A DNA stretch of 64,000 bases, from positions 8,106,844-8,170,843 of the forward strand of contig CM082588.2 of assembly GCA_040954595.2 (NCBI GenBank), written 5' to 3'. Numbering within the stretch: the first letter of the stretch is position 1; each line of letters begins with the position of its first letter. This document shows positions 62,001 to 64,000 of the stretch, piece after piece. Both the position numbers and the translations under genes were made by a program. A model generated the notes under the pieces. The model did not search any database and was not told the origin of the DNA. It saw only the letters and a program-made list of their open reading frames with translations. Origin of the DNA: Balanoglossus misakiensis. Lineage: Eukaryota; Animalia; Hemichordata.

Positions 62001-62892
62001 AAATTCATTTGTGGCACATTTTTGTGTTTTTGGCCTCCATTGTAAAAGACTCTTGAAATTTAACCACCCTTAAAAGGAGCAATCTTTATTTTGTTAATAA
62101 TTCAACAGATGATTCGACGTAATTATTTAATTATGGCTGAATTGGTTTAATGATTACTGTGTTCAAAATTTTAAAAATAATGTGAATCATCTAAACAGAT
62201 GTTTGATATCTTGTCAAAGTATAAAAATGGCAGTAAATAACTGAAAGTGACACAACCTGCAGGTACTTCATATAATAAAGGTACTACATATAAATATTCT
62301 TTTTCTTGCCCAGTGAAATAATTCATATCCTTTTGCTGGATATATACAATCCCAACTTTCCCTTTTCTGTATGGTTGTAGAGAAAACTTGGGCCCTTAAA
62401 TATCTCCTGTGTCATGGCCAACCTTTAATGTTCAACTCTTATTATTATATAGGTTGATACGAGAATGGGAGAGAGATAACACAGTTCACAGTATAATGTT
62501 TCCACATGACTCCTGCCTTCAATTGCTGTTGCTGTTGGATTGGAATAACCAGCATTTACCGCAGTCACTAAGGATACACAATGATTTCAAGGTAGGTTGA
62601 AAACAAGCCCTGGGGAATATTACTCATTGGGTAAATCAGACGCTCGTTAAAAGTGTAAATAAATAAATAAATTAATAAAATGGTTTACAAGTTTGCAATG
62701 TAGCATTTTGGAATTGATTGAACAAGAGGCACAAATTTTTGCCCATGTGTGTCTATCCACTCATCTGCGTGTCAGTAAAAAAAAGTCTACCTTTTTACAA
62801 TCAGGCAAGAAAGATTACAAAGTCAACATACGTTAACATACAATTGTTGTATATATTGTATTTTTCAGGTGAGTTATCTGAAGCTGAAGTAA
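59093..62892 (+). CDS. UBE3D: E3 ubiquitin-protein ligase E3D (UBE3D/UBE2CBP); first coding exon unresolved
   Basis: Exons 59093-59404, 59968-60184, 60528-60591, 60904-61000, 61209-61323, 61788-61966, 62453-62591, 62869-62892 (TAA), all phase-consistent. Motifs: LIPKSCRILKWIPGEGLHMR, CKVCG, LPSENWHEVIDDWCCH, PKENDCFVG, CQRCRTQLG, LWLLNSD, LPQSLR...FKVSYLK. Confidence 0.9.
60252..60436. mobile_element. MITE family A, copy 3
   Basis: TTAA|AGGCATACAGTCAC ... GTGACCATACACCT. The interior CGTGTGTGCCA.CCACTGAAAATCTGTGATT is shared with the 7072 copy. Confidence 0.75.
60613..60788. mobile_element. Tc1/mariner (pogo/Tigger-like) MITE
   Basis: TA|CAGTGAAACCTGTC ... GACAGGTTTCACTG|TA with internal AGAGGTGTCCT repeats. 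Confidence 0.85.
61446..61595. mobile_element. Short MITE with imperfect TIRs
   Basis: CCATAGACCACTTCCAGGATAG ... CTATCCGCGAAGTGGTCCATGG. Confidence 0.6.
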
Positions 62893-63662
62893 GTCATCCT
62901 CCCATGAAGAGATCACTGAAGATAATGTGTGATGTTGAGCACGTCCTCTTTCAATCTTCATAATGTCACATTGTAGATTCCCACACTGCCATTTCAATAC
63001 TAGAGTGATGCATCACTGATCAAATTTGTCACTATCATCTTTAATTACACATATTTGAAGGAAGTACTGTATTTTGCTTTTTGTATGTAACATGAAAATA
63101 AAATCATGAACCATGTAGACCAGGCTCTTGTTGATTGAATATTTGACACTGTCACTGAAAGAATTCAGGTAACTGGCTGTATTCACCAAAATCAGCAAGT
63201 GGATTAGCACAAATGATGGTAGATATTTTTCTTTCTTTTCTTTTCTTTTCTTTTTTTTTTGGGGGGGGGGGGCGGGTTAATTGGTGGAGGCTTTAATTAA
63301 AATTTCCTGGATGTCTGAGGTGGAGCATTGGATCTCGGCCTATATATAAAACCACGGATTGGTATATACCAGGTAAAGCGCCCTCAGTCCATCACGATGC
63401 TGAAGTTAGCCTTGGATTCAGATTTTGATTCCAGTGAATGCAAGAGGTAATTTCTACCTCCATGATAGAGCTAAGAATTTATGATTTATGCTGTAAAATA
63501 AATGCTAGCTATAGGTTCAGATAGTTTTTCGTGCTACAGTGTTTCTTCGACTACAAGAAAACATTACAAAATACCGATACTGAATCTGAAACCGAATTCG
63601 ATGCTAACTACAGCAGTGCAGTCAACAACCTCCTGAGGACACATAGGACGCACTTTCTAATC

Positions 63663-63819
63663 ATGGCGACTATTAGGGATTTGTCGAGAGTTGCTAAGCT
63701 GACGATCTGCGCTTCTCGGCGGATTATGTGCAAGTATCCAACGCAGAGACATAGTCTGGTGTTTTCCAGGCTATCCTCGGGACTGACATACGTACCAGAA
63801 ACACCTTCAGATGAACTAG
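63663..63819 (+). CDS. BCKDHB: First coding exon of a mitochondrial precursor, probably branched-chain keto-acid dehydrogenase E1 beta
   Basis: ATGGCG start and an Arg/Ser-rich, acid-poor presequence. It ends GLTYVPETPSDELG with phase-1 donor G|GTAACG, resembling the end of human BCKDHB exon 1 (HFTFQPDPEPREYG). The gene continues beyond the window, so the identity rests on a short match. Confidence 0.5.
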
Positions 63820-64000
63820 GTAACGAGATATTTAATGTGGCATATTTGGGTCAATTAACTCGGGCAGTACACTGTAGCTCGAGGTTTTCCCTGCTGTTGG
63901 GAGTTACACAGTTTCTGCCGTGCCACCAGGCAAACTCTTGAGTTGTAGAACTGTAGCTAACTCAGCTCTTGTTTCCATGGCTATACCACTCCTTCGGCTA

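Noticed and set aside
63531-63662. N-terminal part of the 136-aa ORF
   Set aside because: GTG-initiated extension. The plausible start is ATG 63663 and the exon ends at the 63819 donor.

Overview
AT-rich, intron-rich animal genomic DNA, not prokaryotic. It is probably an invertebrate deuterostome, possibly a hemichordate (inferred from protein sequence, intron positions and repeats). Left to right: (1) the 3' nine exons of an ACE-like M2 peptidase (+) ending in a GPI-signal-like tail; (2) a complete 14-coding-exon kainate-type glutamate receptor (-, ~910 aa), convergent with ACE, with ~13 kb of non-coding upstream DNA; (3) a ~6 kb island of damaged myosin-light-chain-kinase exons (kinase with catalytic D>N, telokin-like Ig, FN3) enclosed by a ~1.2-1.35 kb direct duplication; (4) MPC1 (-, 114 aa), which includes 4-nt and 16-nt microexons and of which the ORF track captures only one exon; (5) UBE3D (+), head-to-head with MPC1; (6) exon 1 of a mitochondrial-targeted gene, probably BCKDHB. 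There are many MITEs (Kolobok-, Harbinger-, Tc1/mariner- and Academ-like) and microsatellites. The best candidate for something new is the MYLK island: the only undamaged part is a 99-aa telokin-like ORF, downstream of a CArG-containing motif cluster. All coordinates were read by eye and no database searches were run.
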